Shown here piece after piece: positions 50,487-59,739 of a stretch of DNA of 64,000 nucleotides. The position numbers and the translations under genes were made by a program. The notes under the pieces were generated by a model. It had not been told where the DNA came from. It saw only the letters and a program-made list of their open reading frames with translations, and searched no databases. This DNA is from Promethearchaeota archaeon (lineage in GTDB: Archaea; Asgardarchaeota; Lokiarchaeia; Sigyniarchaeales; SOKP01): the NCBI GenBank assembly GCA_030599585.1, contig JAUVNS010000002.1, forward strand, positions 64,001-128,000. Direction: 5' to 3'. Positions within the stretch are counted from its first letter, which is position 1. The number at the start of each line of letters is the position of its first letter.

Positions 50487-51773
50487 ATGGTACCAAAAAT
50501 AACTGAAGATATGAATGATTGGTTTGGATGGTTTCCAGCATCCACTTTTGAAAATAACTCATGTATTTTTATCCCAAGTATGGCAAATACTTGTGTTTTT
50601 GATACAAAAGAAGGTTTAGTAATCTTTGATGTTCCAATAAGGCAATTCGCACAAAAAACTTTCGACGCAATAAGGCACATTACTAAGAAACAAGTCAAAT
50701 ACATTATCTATTCACATGGGCATTTTGATCACGCTTTTGGCTATGGTCCTTTTATAGAAGAAGTAAGAAAAAAAGGTTGGGACATGCCCGAAGTAATTGC
50801 TCATGAGAATTGCATCAGACGATTTGAGAAATACGAAATTTTGGGAAAATATCACGATTGGATAAATAAGCAACAATTTGCCACTGTAAGTGGTAGGGGC
50901 CGAGATGCAGTCGTTTCTGCTCGCGAAACATTAGACCCTACCATTATTCTTAAAGGAAATGATTCTTCATACTCGTTTAAATTAGGTGGCATAAATTTCG
51001 AAATTTACCACGATATTGGTGAAACTGACGATTCAATTTGGTTATGGGTCCCTGAAAAGAAGACTATTTGTACAGGCGACTTAATTGTTTCGTCCTTCCC
51101 TAATATTGGTAACCCTTTTAAAGTCCAGAGATATCCTAAAGATTGGGCTATAGCAATGGAAAAAATGAGAGAAAAAAACGCAGAATACTTAGTTCCCGGT
51201 CATGGGAGACTTATCGAAGGTGCGGAAAAAGTTAGAGATGTTTTATCAATTACAGGGGAAGTGATGCATTTTGTCCACGATGAAGTGGTAAAAAGACTAA
51301 ACGAAGGGAAATGGTTCGAAGAAATCTACCACGAGATGCTAGAAATTTACCCCGAAAAATTCAAGAAACATAAGATTTTAAGAGGTATTTACGGATGTTA
51401 TCGTTTCGCTATACACGCGACTTACAGGCTTTACCACGGGTGGTATGATAGTGGAAATCCTACGGATCTTTTTCCAGCCAAAACTGATGATGTCGCTCGA
51501 GAATTCTTAAAAATAAGCAGCGAAGAAAGATATCTGGAACACGCCAAAAAGCTTTATTCTGAAAGTAAAAAACAACTTGCTTTACATGTTCTTGATATAA
51601 TTATAAAAGGAACTAATGAGAAAAATGGAGAACCTCTAGTTGAAGCCTTGAAGTTAAAAGTGAAGATCTTAAAGGAACAAGTAAAAATTGAAACCTCTTT
51701 CATTGCAGGGAACATTATCAATAACGCCGCTCATCAAATAAAAGGAAAATTGAAAGAATTGAAAACAAATTAA
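50487..51773 (+). CDS. Metallo-beta-lactamase fold alkyl/aryl-sulfatase-like protein
   Basis: SHGHFDH, GETDD, TGD, PNIGNPFKVQR, PGHG, GWYDSGNPTDL dimerisation region. Confidence 0.85.
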   Translation: MVPKITEDMNDWFGWFPASTFENNSCIFIPSMANTCVFDTKEGLVIFDVPIRQFAQKTFDAIRHITKKQVKYIIYSHGHFDHAFGYGPFIEEVRKKGWDMPEVIAHENCIRRFEKYEILGKYHDWINKQQFATVSGRGRDAVVSARETLDPTIILKGNDSSYSFKLGGINFEIYHDIGETDDSIWLWVPEKKTICTGDLIVSSFPNIGNPFKVQRYPKDWAIAMEKMREKNAEYLVPGHGRLIEGAEKVRDVLSITGEVMHFVHDEVVKRLNEGKWFEEIYHEMLEIYPEKFKKHKILRGIYGCYRFAIHATYRLYHGWYDSGNPTDLFPAKTDDVAREFLKISSEERYLEHAKKLYSESKKQLALHVLDIIIKGTNEKNGEPLVEALKLKVKILKEQVKIETSFIAGNIINNAAHQIKGKLKELKTN

Positions 51774-51812
51774 ATTGAAAAGATAAGGATAATAACTACA
51801 AATTACGTTATT

Positions 51813-53342
51813 TTAGGTACCAGCTATTCTTTTTGGTAATCGAGTTTGTGCGCTGAGATTTTCGTGGAATAGCTTGTTAACCAAGTTAAATTTAACATCG
51901 TTGTATTGATCATCGTACCACAAGTTATTCAACTCATCTACGTCCTTTTTTCTGTCAAAAAGATCACCATAATCTCTATGACCTTCATATATCGTTAATT
52001 TAAATTCCTTTGTTATCAAATGTCTTAATCTCTCGTACAGAGGTCCAACTTCCTCATCATTTTCAATATAACAACAATCTCGTGGTTGGTCAACAGAATT
52101 CTCAGGGTCTTTTAAGACTGTTGACATATCAAAGCCTTGCATATCAGGTGGTTGTTTTCTTTTTGATATCCCTAAAAGGTTTAGGAGCGTCTTTGGGTAG
52201 TCTATAGAGCTCATTAAAGCATCTGTTACCCCCGGTTTTGTTATTCCCGGAACTCTCCAAATCATAGGAATACGAAACACACCCATATAAGCTGATGGAC
52301 CTTTAAAGAGCATTCCATGCTCACCCATTAAATCGCCGTGGTCACTGTTATATACGACGATTGTGTTGTCAGCATACCCTAATTTTTCTAAAGACGCTAA
52401 AATTTGCCCAATACTGGCGTCAAGTAACGCCACAGTACCGTATGTATAAGCTATGAATTTTCTAAGCTCTTCTTCATTTGTCTCTCTTAACATCGCCCCC
52501 GGCATAACATTAATATACGGCGCTAGATAGGGGTGGTTTCTCAAATTCTCGAGATCCTTGAAACTTTTTGGCAATTCAACATCTTCAGGTTTATACATAT
52601 TCCTATATTTTCCCGGGGGATAAACGGACTGATGAGGGTCGGGAAATGAACAATGTACATAGAATGGTTTATTCCCATAATCTCCATTGGCGTGCCTTTC
52701 CAAAAAAGCGATAGTACGTTCAGTTACATAAGCACTCGAATATAAATCGACTGGTAATTCGTGTTCAGTAAACACAGAAAAGAAATTGTCAATATTTTTC
52801 CATCTTTTCCGCATGTTCTCCGCTAATCTTGGAGATCTTTCCTCCAGCCAATCTAAATAATGGCCCGCCAAGCAAGCTCCATGCCCTATCACAGTTTCCA
52901 CTTCTTGGTACCCATAGTAAGGAATAGGAAAATTTTCTCGTACGGGATACCACCCTTCTTTTTGGAAAACCCAATCGTAAAAAGACTCTGCAGATTTATC
53001 GCCGATTCTATACGGAGCAGTGTTAAATTGATGATGCAACTTTCCAAAAACTGCTGTGTGCCACCCTCTATCAACTAGCGTTTGAGTAATTGTTGGGACA
53101 TCTTGAGAAAGAATCATACCGTTGCTTCTAACACCATGTACATTAGGGTAATATCCCGTTAACAGTGTTGCTCTGTTTGGCATACACATCGGGTTTGTAC
53201 AAAATGCGTTCGTAAATCGAACCCCTTCGCTTGCTAATCTATCTAAGTTCGGAGTTTTTAACATGTTATTTCCAGAACAACTCATGTGGTCATATCTATG
53301 CTGGTCGCTAATGATAAATAAAACATTCATTTTTTCTTTCAT
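51813..53342 (-). CDS. Formylglycine-type sulfatase
   Basis: SDQHR, CMPNRATLLTG (CxPxR), GKLH, SFPDPH, SDHGD. Confidence 0.93.
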   Translation of the reverse strand: MKEKMNVLFIISDQHRYDHMSCSGNNMLKTPNLDRLASEGVRFTNAFCTNPMCMPNRATLLTGYYPNVHGVRSNGMILSQDVPTITQTLVDRGWHTAVFGKLHHQFNTAPYRIGDKSAESFYDWVFQKEGWYPVRENFPIPYYGYQEVETVIGHGACLAGHYLDWLEERSPRLAENMRKRWKNIDNFFSVFTEHELPVDLYSSAYVTERTIAFLERHANGDYGNKPFYVHCSFPDPHQSVYPPGKYRNMYKPEDVELPKSFKDLENLRNHPYLAPYINVMPGAMLRETNEEELRKFIAYTYGTVALLDASIGQILASLEKLGYADNTIVVYNSDHGDLMGEHGMLFKGPSAYMGVFRIPMIWRVPGITKPGVTDALMSSIDYPKTLLNLLGISKRKQPPDMQGFDMSTVLKDPENSVDQPRDCCYIENDEEVGPLYERLRHLITKEFKLTIYEGHRDYGDLFDRKKDVDELNNLWYDDQYNDVKFNLVNKLFHENLSAQTRLPKRIAGT

Positions 53343-53423
53343 TTTACACCTAAATAAGATTTAAACTAAAGACAATATAAATCTATATCTACTTCTTTCA
53401 AAGTGTTTAGACGTTTGACAAAT

Positions 53424-54347
53424 TTAAGTGATAAAGTAAAAAACCAGCGCCAAGGCTCCTAATACGAAAATTACAATTCCAACAGCCTGTCCCATAGTTT
53501 TAGCAGATAATTTTTGGATATATGTAGAGGCTATTATGCCAGATATAATTGAACCGATTGCTAGATAAAATGAAAGTTCGAAATTAAAAAAAAACCGTCC
53601 TTTAATTGTAATACCAAAAATTTGATAAAATGAGAAAGTACATAAACCAATTATCATGCTAAGAATTAGAGCTGTACCAACTCCTTTTTTAAGAGGGTAT
53701 CCATAAATTATAACGAGTGCTAACACAAAAACTAATCCAGAACTTGCTCCAAATAATCCTGAATTGATGCCAACAAAAATACCAAACCCAATCGCTAAAA
53801 TATAGTACATTCGTGAGCCACGGGATATAAATCCTTTAATAGCATCTGTTTCAGATGTTAACTGCTTGTCAATCTTTTTATTTAATTCGGTTAGTTCTTC
53901 TTCGCTTTTTCCTCTTTTTGTGGTTTTATGTGCCCAATTCTGAGCCATTTTTTTAACTGATTCGTAAGTAGGAAAACCCCTCTTTAGAAAGAGAACCCCT
54001 AAGAACATAATGAAAATTGGGATAAACCACCCGTAAATGGAACCTAGAGGGGTTGTCATTAGAATAAAAACTCCGAAAAAGGTGGTAACTATGCCAATAA
54101 TGATTATTAAAAAGATATCTAATCTTATTTTAAATTGTTTTTTCCTAAGATATCCTATTGATACAGTGGCAGATGTAATCAAGTCATTTAACAGATTTAT
54201 TGCAATAGCTAAAAAAACATCTCCAGTGAATAATAGAACAATAGGAAGTACAATACCTAAACCAGTTTGACCAATAAAGCTTACGCTTATTCCTACGAGT
54301 GCACCTATAGAGATTAAAATTGCGATTTGATAAATTTCCAGAGCCAT
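53424..54347 (-). CDS. TauE/SafE (TSUP) family transporter
   Basis: About 8 TM with an internal repeat: GINSGLFGASSG...KGVGTAL. Confidence 0.8.
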   Translation of the reverse strand: MALEIYQIAILISIGALVGISVSFIGQTGLGIVLPIVLLFTGDVFLAIAINLLNDLITSATVSIGYLRKKQFKIRLDIFLIIIIGIVTTFFGVFILMTTPLGSIYGWFIPIFIMFLGVLFLKRGFPTYESVKKMAQNWAHKTTKRGKSEEELTELNKKIDKQLTSETDAIKGFISRGSRMYYILAIGFGIFVGINSGLFGASSGLVFVLALVIIYGYPLKKGVGTALILSMIIGLCTFSFYQIFGITIKGRFFFNFELSFYLAIGSIISGIIASTYIQKLSAKTMGQAVGIVIFVLGALALVFYFIT

Positions 54348-54392
54348 TATTTATTCACACTTGAGTTCCTTTTTATATATAATCTATTTTTT

Positions 54393-55916
54393 TTAAGTCG
54401 CAGCAACTCTCTTAGGAAATTTAGATTGCGCCTTAAGATTTTCCTGTAATAATTTATTTACCAACTTAAATCTTTTATCTCGAAAATCTTTTTTATCCCA
54501 TAAATTATTTAATTCGTGAGGGTCGGTTTTACGATCGTAAATATCGCCAAAATTATCTAGTCCTTCGTAAACAGTTAATTTGTAATCTTCAGTAACTAAA
54601 TGTCTTATCCGGGCCTCAAGAGGACCGACTTCTTCGTCGTTCTCAATTAAAACACAATCGCGTATTTTCTTTGTTGGATTTTCTAAGACTTGAGACATAT
54701 CAAAACCTTGCATATAAGGTGGGTGGTGTCGCTCTTTTACATTTAAAAGGTTAAGAATCGTTTTAGGAAGATCGATAGTACTAACTAAAGATTGAGACAC
54801 TCCGGACTTTGTTAGTCCTGGTACTTTCCAAATTAAAGGGATGTGACACGGTCCGACGAAAGGACATGGTCCTTTGAATAATAGCCCATGATCGCCCATT
54901 AAATCGCCGTGATCACTGGTAAAAATCACCATTGTATTATCTGAATACCCTAAATTTTCTAATGAGGCTAGTATTTTACCTACGCTATAATCTACGTACG
55001 ATATTGCAGCGTAAGTTAAAGCGGTAATTTTGCGAACCTCTTCTTCTGTTGATTCTCGTAAAAACGCTTTTTTAAAGGGCGGATTTTTTAAATGATATCC
55101 TAAATATTTATGGTGATATAAATTCTTTGCATCTTGAAAACTTGCGGGGAGTTCTATATCTTCGGGTTTATACGCGTCTTGAAATCTCTTTGGGGGATAT
55201 AGAGGATAATGTGGATCTGGAAAAGAACAATGCAAATAAAAAGGTTTTTCTCCATATTCACCCTTGGCATGTCTTTCGAGGAAAGCAATTGTTCGTTCTT
55301 GAACATAGGTAGTATTGTATAATTCTTCTGGTATTCCATCGCAATATAAACTGAAAAGGTTGTCGTAATTCTGAACTCTTTTTTTCATTTCATCTGCAAT
55401 TTTAGGGGCTCTTTCTTCCAACCACTCTGTATAATGACCAGCGCACACAGTACCATTTCCTGAAATCATTTCCACTTCGTCGTAACCATAATAGGGGAGG
55501 GGGAAATTCTTTCCTACAGGATCGTTTTTACCTTTATCTACCGCCCAACTAAATAAACTCTCAGCAGACTTAGTTTTCTGCTTAAACGGACCTAGCCAAA
55601 ATTGATGGTGTATTTTTCCAATAGCCGCAGTATGCCAACCTCTTTTTTGAAGCGTTTTTGTAATGGTAGGAGTATCTTCTGATAAATTAATTCCGTTGCT
55701 TCTAACGCCATGCACATTGGGATATAATCCAGTGAGTAGTGTTGCTCTGTTAGGCATGCAAATTGGATTAGTACAATAATAATTAGTGAATCTCACGCCT
55801 TCACTTGCCAACCTATCGAGGTTTGGAGTTTTTAGAATAGGGTTTCCTGCACAGCCTAAATGATCGGCCCGTTGAGCGTCAGTAATAATAAATATTACAT
55901 TCATTTTTTCTTTCAT
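54393..55916 (-). CDS. Formylglycine-type sulfatase, paralog of 51813..53342
   Basis: TDAQR, CMPNRATLLTG, GKIH, SFPDPH, SDHGD. Confidence 0.93.
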   Translation of the reverse strand: MKEKMNVIFIITDAQRADHLGCAGNPILKTPNLDRLASEGVRFTNYYCTNPICMPNRATLLTGLYPNVHGVRSNGINLSEDTPTITKTLQKRGWHTAAIGKIHHQFWLGPFKQKTKSAESLFSWAVDKGKNDPVGKNFPLPYYGYDEVEMISGNGTVCAGHYTEWLEERAPKIADEMKKRVQNYDNLFSLYCDGIPEELYNTTYVQERTIAFLERHAKGEYGEKPFYLHCSFPDPHYPLYPPKRFQDAYKPEDIELPASFQDAKNLYHHKYLGYHLKNPPFKKAFLRESTEEEVRKITALTYAAISYVDYSVGKILASLENLGYSDNTMVIFTSDHGDLMGDHGLLFKGPCPFVGPCHIPLIWKVPGLTKSGVSQSLVSTIDLPKTILNLLNVKERHHPPYMQGFDMSQVLENPTKKIRDCVLIENDEEVGPLEARIRHLVTEDYKLTVYEGLDNFGDIYDRKTDPHELNNLWDKKDFRDKRFKLVNKLLQENLKAQSKFPKRVAAT

Positions 55917-56042
55917 AATTATAAAAAATCTATTCTTGCTTGTTGGTTAAAATTAAAGTCTATTCTATTATTTCATTTTTGATGTTAGAAAATATAAAGT
56001 TTCACGTAGATATTAATACTCCCACCTATTACTTTTGGCAAG

Positions 56043-56050
56043 TTTTATAA
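56043..56050 (+). promoter_or_regulatory. Candidate TATA box for the leu leader/operon
   Basis: TTTTATAA preceded by purine-rich GGCAAG, about 50 nt upstream of the leader ATG. The context is AT-rich, so the placement is tentative. Confidence 0.35.
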
Positions 56051-56100
56051 GTGTCCTATAATTCACCTTTTAATAATAATTTTATAGGGATTAAAAAGTA

Positions 56101-56202
56101 ATGCTGATTCAAAAAACGACTAGAATTGAATCTAGGAATTCATTTGCGCAATTTTATCCCTTTTTATTGTTACTGTTAAATCTTCTCTTATTATTACTAT
56201 AA
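56101..56202 (+). CDS. Putative leu operon leader peptide (33 aa): MLIQKTTRIESRNSFAQFYPFLLLLLNLLLLLL
   Basis: Not in the ORF track. Ends TTA TTG TTA CTG TTA AAT CTT CTC TTA TTA TTA CTA TAA, directly upstream of leuA. Confidence 0.85.
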   Translation: MLIQKTTRIESRNSFAQFYPFLLLLLNLLLLLL

Positions 56203-56265
56203 TTACCCCTCTCTTCCATTAAAAGGAAGGAGATTTATATCTCTTTGGGGGGTTTTGTATAAAAC
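56178..56265 (+). promoter_or_regulatory. Alternative RNA stems, attenuator-like element
   Basis: ACCCCTC 56205-11 with GGGGGGT 56247-53; CTTCC with GGAAG; GAGAT with ATCTC; competing AAATCTTCT 56178-86 with AGGAGATTT 56228-36; GTTTT with AAAAC in 56252-65. Confidence 0.65.
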
Positions 56266-56281
56266 TTAATAAATTAAATAG

Positions 56282-57913
56282 GTGCAAAGAAAAATGGAAA
56301 AAAACAACAATGTAAGTGTTTCGCAAATAATGGAGGAAATTCGAGACTCACTTAGTCTTCCAGATAAAGCATATTTTTTCGACACAACACTCCGTGATGG
56401 TGAACAAACCCCCGGAATAAGTTTTACTCTCAAAGAAAAAATATCTATAGCGCAAACATTAAATGACATGAAAATTGATGTAATTGAAGCGGGATTTCCA
56501 GTTACTTCTAAAGGTGATTTTGATGCGTGTAGGTCAATATCTAAATTAGGTTTAGACTCTGAAGTAATGGGATTAGCGAGGATGGCAAAACTTGATATAG
56601 ATAAAGTTATTGAAGCAGATATGGATAGCATTCACCTTTTTATTGCTACTTCAGACCTACATCTTAAATCCAAACTTCAAATGAGCCGCGATGAAGTAAT
56701 AGAGCAAATTAATAAATATATTTCTTATGCCAAAGAGCATTACTCGACAATATTATTCTCAGCTGAAGATGCAACTCGTTCCGATTTGGATTTCTTAATT
56801 AAAGCAAATTTAATTGCAATTGAGAGTGGAGCAACGAGAATTAACATTCCTGATACTGTAGGTACCATCTCACCAAAAGCGTTCGGATATATGGTAAATA
56901 ATGTATACAAGGCAATTCCAAGTGACATTAGAATAGCAGTACACTGTCATAACGATTTTGGACTCGCCGTTGCGAACACTATAGCAGGATTCGAAAATGG
57001 AGCCTCGGAAGCACAAACTACAATTATGGGCTTAGGGGAACGAGCTGGCAATGCTTCTTTTGAAGAAACAGCAATGTCACTTTATGCTCTGTATCAATTA
57101 CCAATGAATATCATTACGCAAAAGATCTTTCCCACTGCGAAACTTATCGAAAGTTATTGTGGGGGTAAGGTAAAGATAGGACGCCTCCAGCCTTTGATAG
57201 GACAAAACGCTTTTTCTCACGAAGCGGGTATTCACGCTCACGCTATGATTAAAAACGCTCGAACTTATGAACCTATCACGCCTCAGTTAATTGGAATAAG
57301 TAGATCTGACAGTGTAGTGGATATTCTTAAACATTCAATTAAATTTGGAAAACATAGTGGTGGACATGCGTTAAAAGCAAAATTAGGAGATCTTGGAATT
57401 AAGACGAATGATAAAGAATTCATTAAGATAATGAATCACATTAAAGATTTTGGAGACAAAGGACATGAAGTTTCTGAAGAAGATTTTTTAGCAATTGTTA
57501 AGGATGTTATGGGAGAAATACCCGAAGAAGAACAATATGTAATTCTTGAAGAATTAACAGTTTTGACGGGTTCTATAACCCCTACCTCAACTGTGCGTTT
57601 AAAAATTAGAAATGGAGACTTCATAGAAAAAATCGCTTCTTCAGTAGGAGTTGGTGCAGTAGATGCGTCAGTCAATGCTATTGTTAAATGTTTTAAACCA
57701 ATGAGTAATATTAAGTTATTGAACTTCCAAATTGATGCGATTACTGGAGGAACTGAAGCCTTAGCTCATGTGACCATCGAAATTTTAGACATTGAAAGTA
57801 AAATTATAGTTAAAACAAGTGCTACTCATGAAGATATTGTGATGTGCTCGGTTTTAGCTCTTGTAAAAGGTTTGAATCTTATAGTTAAGAAAAAAAGTGC
57901 TGAAATGGAATAA
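56282..57913 (+). CDS. leuA: 2-isopropylmalate synthase (LeuA/CimA family)
   Basis: DTTLRDGEQTPG, IEAGFP, PDTVG, HCHNDFGLA, GERAGN, HEAGIH and a C-terminal allosteric domain. The likely start is ATG 56294, after AGGTG. Confidence 0.88.
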   Translation: MQRKMEKNNNVSVSQIMEEIRDSLSLPDKAYFFDTTLRDGEQTPGISFTLKEKISIAQTLNDMKIDVIEAGFPVTSKGDFDACRSISKLGLDSEVMGLARMAKLDIDKVIEADMDSIHLFIATSDLHLKSKLQMSRDEVIEQINKYISYAKEHYSTILFSAEDATRSDLDFLIKANLIAIESGATRINIPDTVGTISPKAFGYMVNNVYKAIPSDIRIAVHCHNDFGLAVANTIAGFENGASEAQTTIMGLGERAGNASFEETAMSLYALYQLPMNIITQKIFPTAKLIESYCGGKVKIGRLQPLIGQNAFSHEAGIHAHAMIKNARTYEPITPQLIGISRSDSVVDILKHSIKFGKHSGGHALKAKLGDLGIKTNDKEFIKIMNHIKDFGDKGHEVSEEDFLAIVKDVMGEIPEEEQYVILEELTVLTGSITPTSTVRLKIRNGDFIEKIASSVGVGAVDASVNAIVKCFKPMSNIKLLNFQIDAITGGTEALAHVTIEILDIESKIIVKTSATHEDIVMCSVLALVKGLNLIVKKKSAEME

Positions 57914-57945
57914 ATACTTATATATAAAAGTGAATGAAGTAAATT

Positions 57946-59220
57946 ATGGGTTTAACAATTACCGAGAAAATTCTTAGAGATCATTGTCAGAATAAAAAAG
58001 CTGTTGCTGGTGATTTTATTATGGCCGAAATCGATAAATGTTTGGCCAACGATATTACTGCTACCATGGCCATAGAAGCATTTGAAAAAGTGGTAGAAGC
58101 TTCTAAAGCTGAAGTTTTTGACTCTTCTAAAATCATTTTGGTCCCTGACCATTTTACTCCAAATAAAGACGTGGCTTCTGCTACTCAGTGTAAAATCCTT
58201 AGAGATTTTGCTACCAACCATAATATTACTAACTATTTTGAGGTCGGAAGAGGAGGCATTGAGCATTGTCTTGTGCCAGAGCAAGGATTGGTGAAACCAG
58301 GAGAAGTTTTTATAGGGGCTGATTCACATACATGCACTTACGGCGCACTCGGGGCGTTTGCTACAGGTGTTGGATCTACAGATTTAGGGGTTGCAATGGC
58401 ATTAGGAAAATGTTGGCTTAAAATCCCCGAATCTATTAAGTTCATTTATTCTGGTAGATTAAATGAATGGGTTTCAGGAAAAGATTTGATACTGTATACA
58501 CTCGGAAAAATTGGCGTAGATGGAGCTACATACAAAGCTATGGAATTTATAGGTGATACGATAAAAAGTTTACCTATGGCAGATCGGTTTACTATGTGTA
58601 ATATGGCTATAGAAGCTGGCGGAAAAAATGGAATTATTGAACCCGATAAGATCACCACATCGTATTTAGATGCTCTTAAAATATCGAAGGATGGTTTCTA
58701 TAATAGTGATAAAGATGCTGAATATTGTGATGTTATAGATATTGAATGTGCTAATATAGAACCACAGGTTGCACTTCCTCATTTACCTGACAATGTGAAA
58801 TCCATTTCAGAAGTTCATAGTATGAAAATAGAATTAGATCAAGTAGTTATAGGATCGTGTACAAATGGTCGGCTTGCCGATCTAAGAAATGTAGCGAAAA
58901 TTCTTAAAAATCGAAAAATCGATAAAAAGCTAAGATGTATAATAATACCAGGAACGCAAAAGATATATCTAAAAGCGATGGAAAGAGGATATATTGAAAG
59001 TTTTATTAATGCCGGCGCAATTGTCTCAACCCCTACTTGCGGACCTTGTTTAGGTGGTCACATGGGCGTCTTAGCGGAAGGAGAGAAAGCTTTGTCAACA
59101 ACAAATAGAAACTTCCAAGGGAGAATGGGACACGTTAATAGTGAGGTTTTTTTATCCAACCCCGTAGTTGCAGCTGCTTCAGCGATAAAAGGGTATATAA
59201 CCTCCCCAGAATATTTATGA
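57946..59220 (+). CDS. leuC: 3-isopropylmalate dehydratase large subunit
   Basis: PDH, GIEH, GADSHTCTYGA, IGSCTNGR, CGPCLG, STTNRNFQGRMG. Confidence 0.92.
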   Translation: MGLTITEKILRDHCQNKKAVAGDFIMAEIDKCLANDITATMAIEAFEKVVEASKAEVFDSSKIILVPDHFTPNKDVASATQCKILRDFATNHNITNYFEVGRGGIEHCLVPEQGLVKPGEVFIGADSHTCTYGALGAFATGVGSTDLGVAMALGKCWLKIPESIKFIYSGRLNEWVSGKDLILYTLGKIGVDGATYKAMEFIGDTIKSLPMADRFTMCNMAIEAGGKNGIIEPDKITTSYLDALKISKDGFYNSDKDAEYCDVIDIECANIEPQVALPHLPDNVKSISEVHSMKIELDQVVIGSCTNGRLADLRNVAKILKNRKIDKKLRCIIIPGTQKIYLKAMERGYIESFINAGAIVSTPTCGPCLGGHMGVLAEGEKALSTTNRNFQGRMGHVNSEVFLSNPVVAAASAIKGYITSPEYL

Positions 59221-59240
59221 AAAGAAAGATGAGACTCTAA

Positions 59241-59732
59241 ATGATTGGAAAAGCAATTAAATATAACCTAAAAAATATTAACACTGATCTAATAATTCCC
59301 GCTAGATATTTACTTAATTCAGATGAAAATTATTTAGCTCAGCACTGTATGGAGGATTTAGATCGCGATTTCGTTAAAAAAGTTAAAAAAGAAAATTATC
59401 AAATCTTGGTCGCTGATTCTAATTTTGGATGTGGTTCAAGTAGAGAACAGGCACCGACTGCGATTAAAGCTTCAGGAATTACATGTATCATCGCACCTTC
59501 TTTTGCAAGGATTTTTTTCAGAAATGCTATCAATATTGGCTTACCAATATTAGAATTTCCCGATATTGGCAACATAAAAACAGGTGATATTTTAAATATC
59601 CAATTTGAAAAGGGATTAATTAAGAATACATCTACTGCTGAAGAATTTCAAATCAAAAAGCAACCCAGCTTTTTACAACAAATAATTTCCGCTGGGGGTC
59701 TGATTAATTTTGCTCGAAAGCAAATAGAGTAA
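59241..59732 (+). CDS. leuD: 3-isopropylmalate dehydratase small subunit
   Basis: NINTDLIIPARYL, NFGCGSSREQA, SFARIFFRNAINIGLP. Confidence 0.92.
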   Translation: MIGKAIKYNLKNINTDLIIPARYLLNSDENYLAQHCMEDLDRDFVKKVKKENYQILVADSNFGCGSSREQAPTAIKASGITCIIAPSFARIFFRNAINIGLPILEFPDIGNIKTGDILNIQFEKGLIKNTSTAEEFQIKKQPSFLQQIISAGGLINFARKQIE

Positions 59733-59739
59733 TATATAT

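Noticed and set aside
56164-56199. Leu run explained as a TTA microsatellite or a small membrane peptide
   Set aside because: All six Leu codons are used, the only interruption is one Asn, no other hydrophobic residue substitutes within the run, it is short for a TM helix, and it sits directly before leuA.
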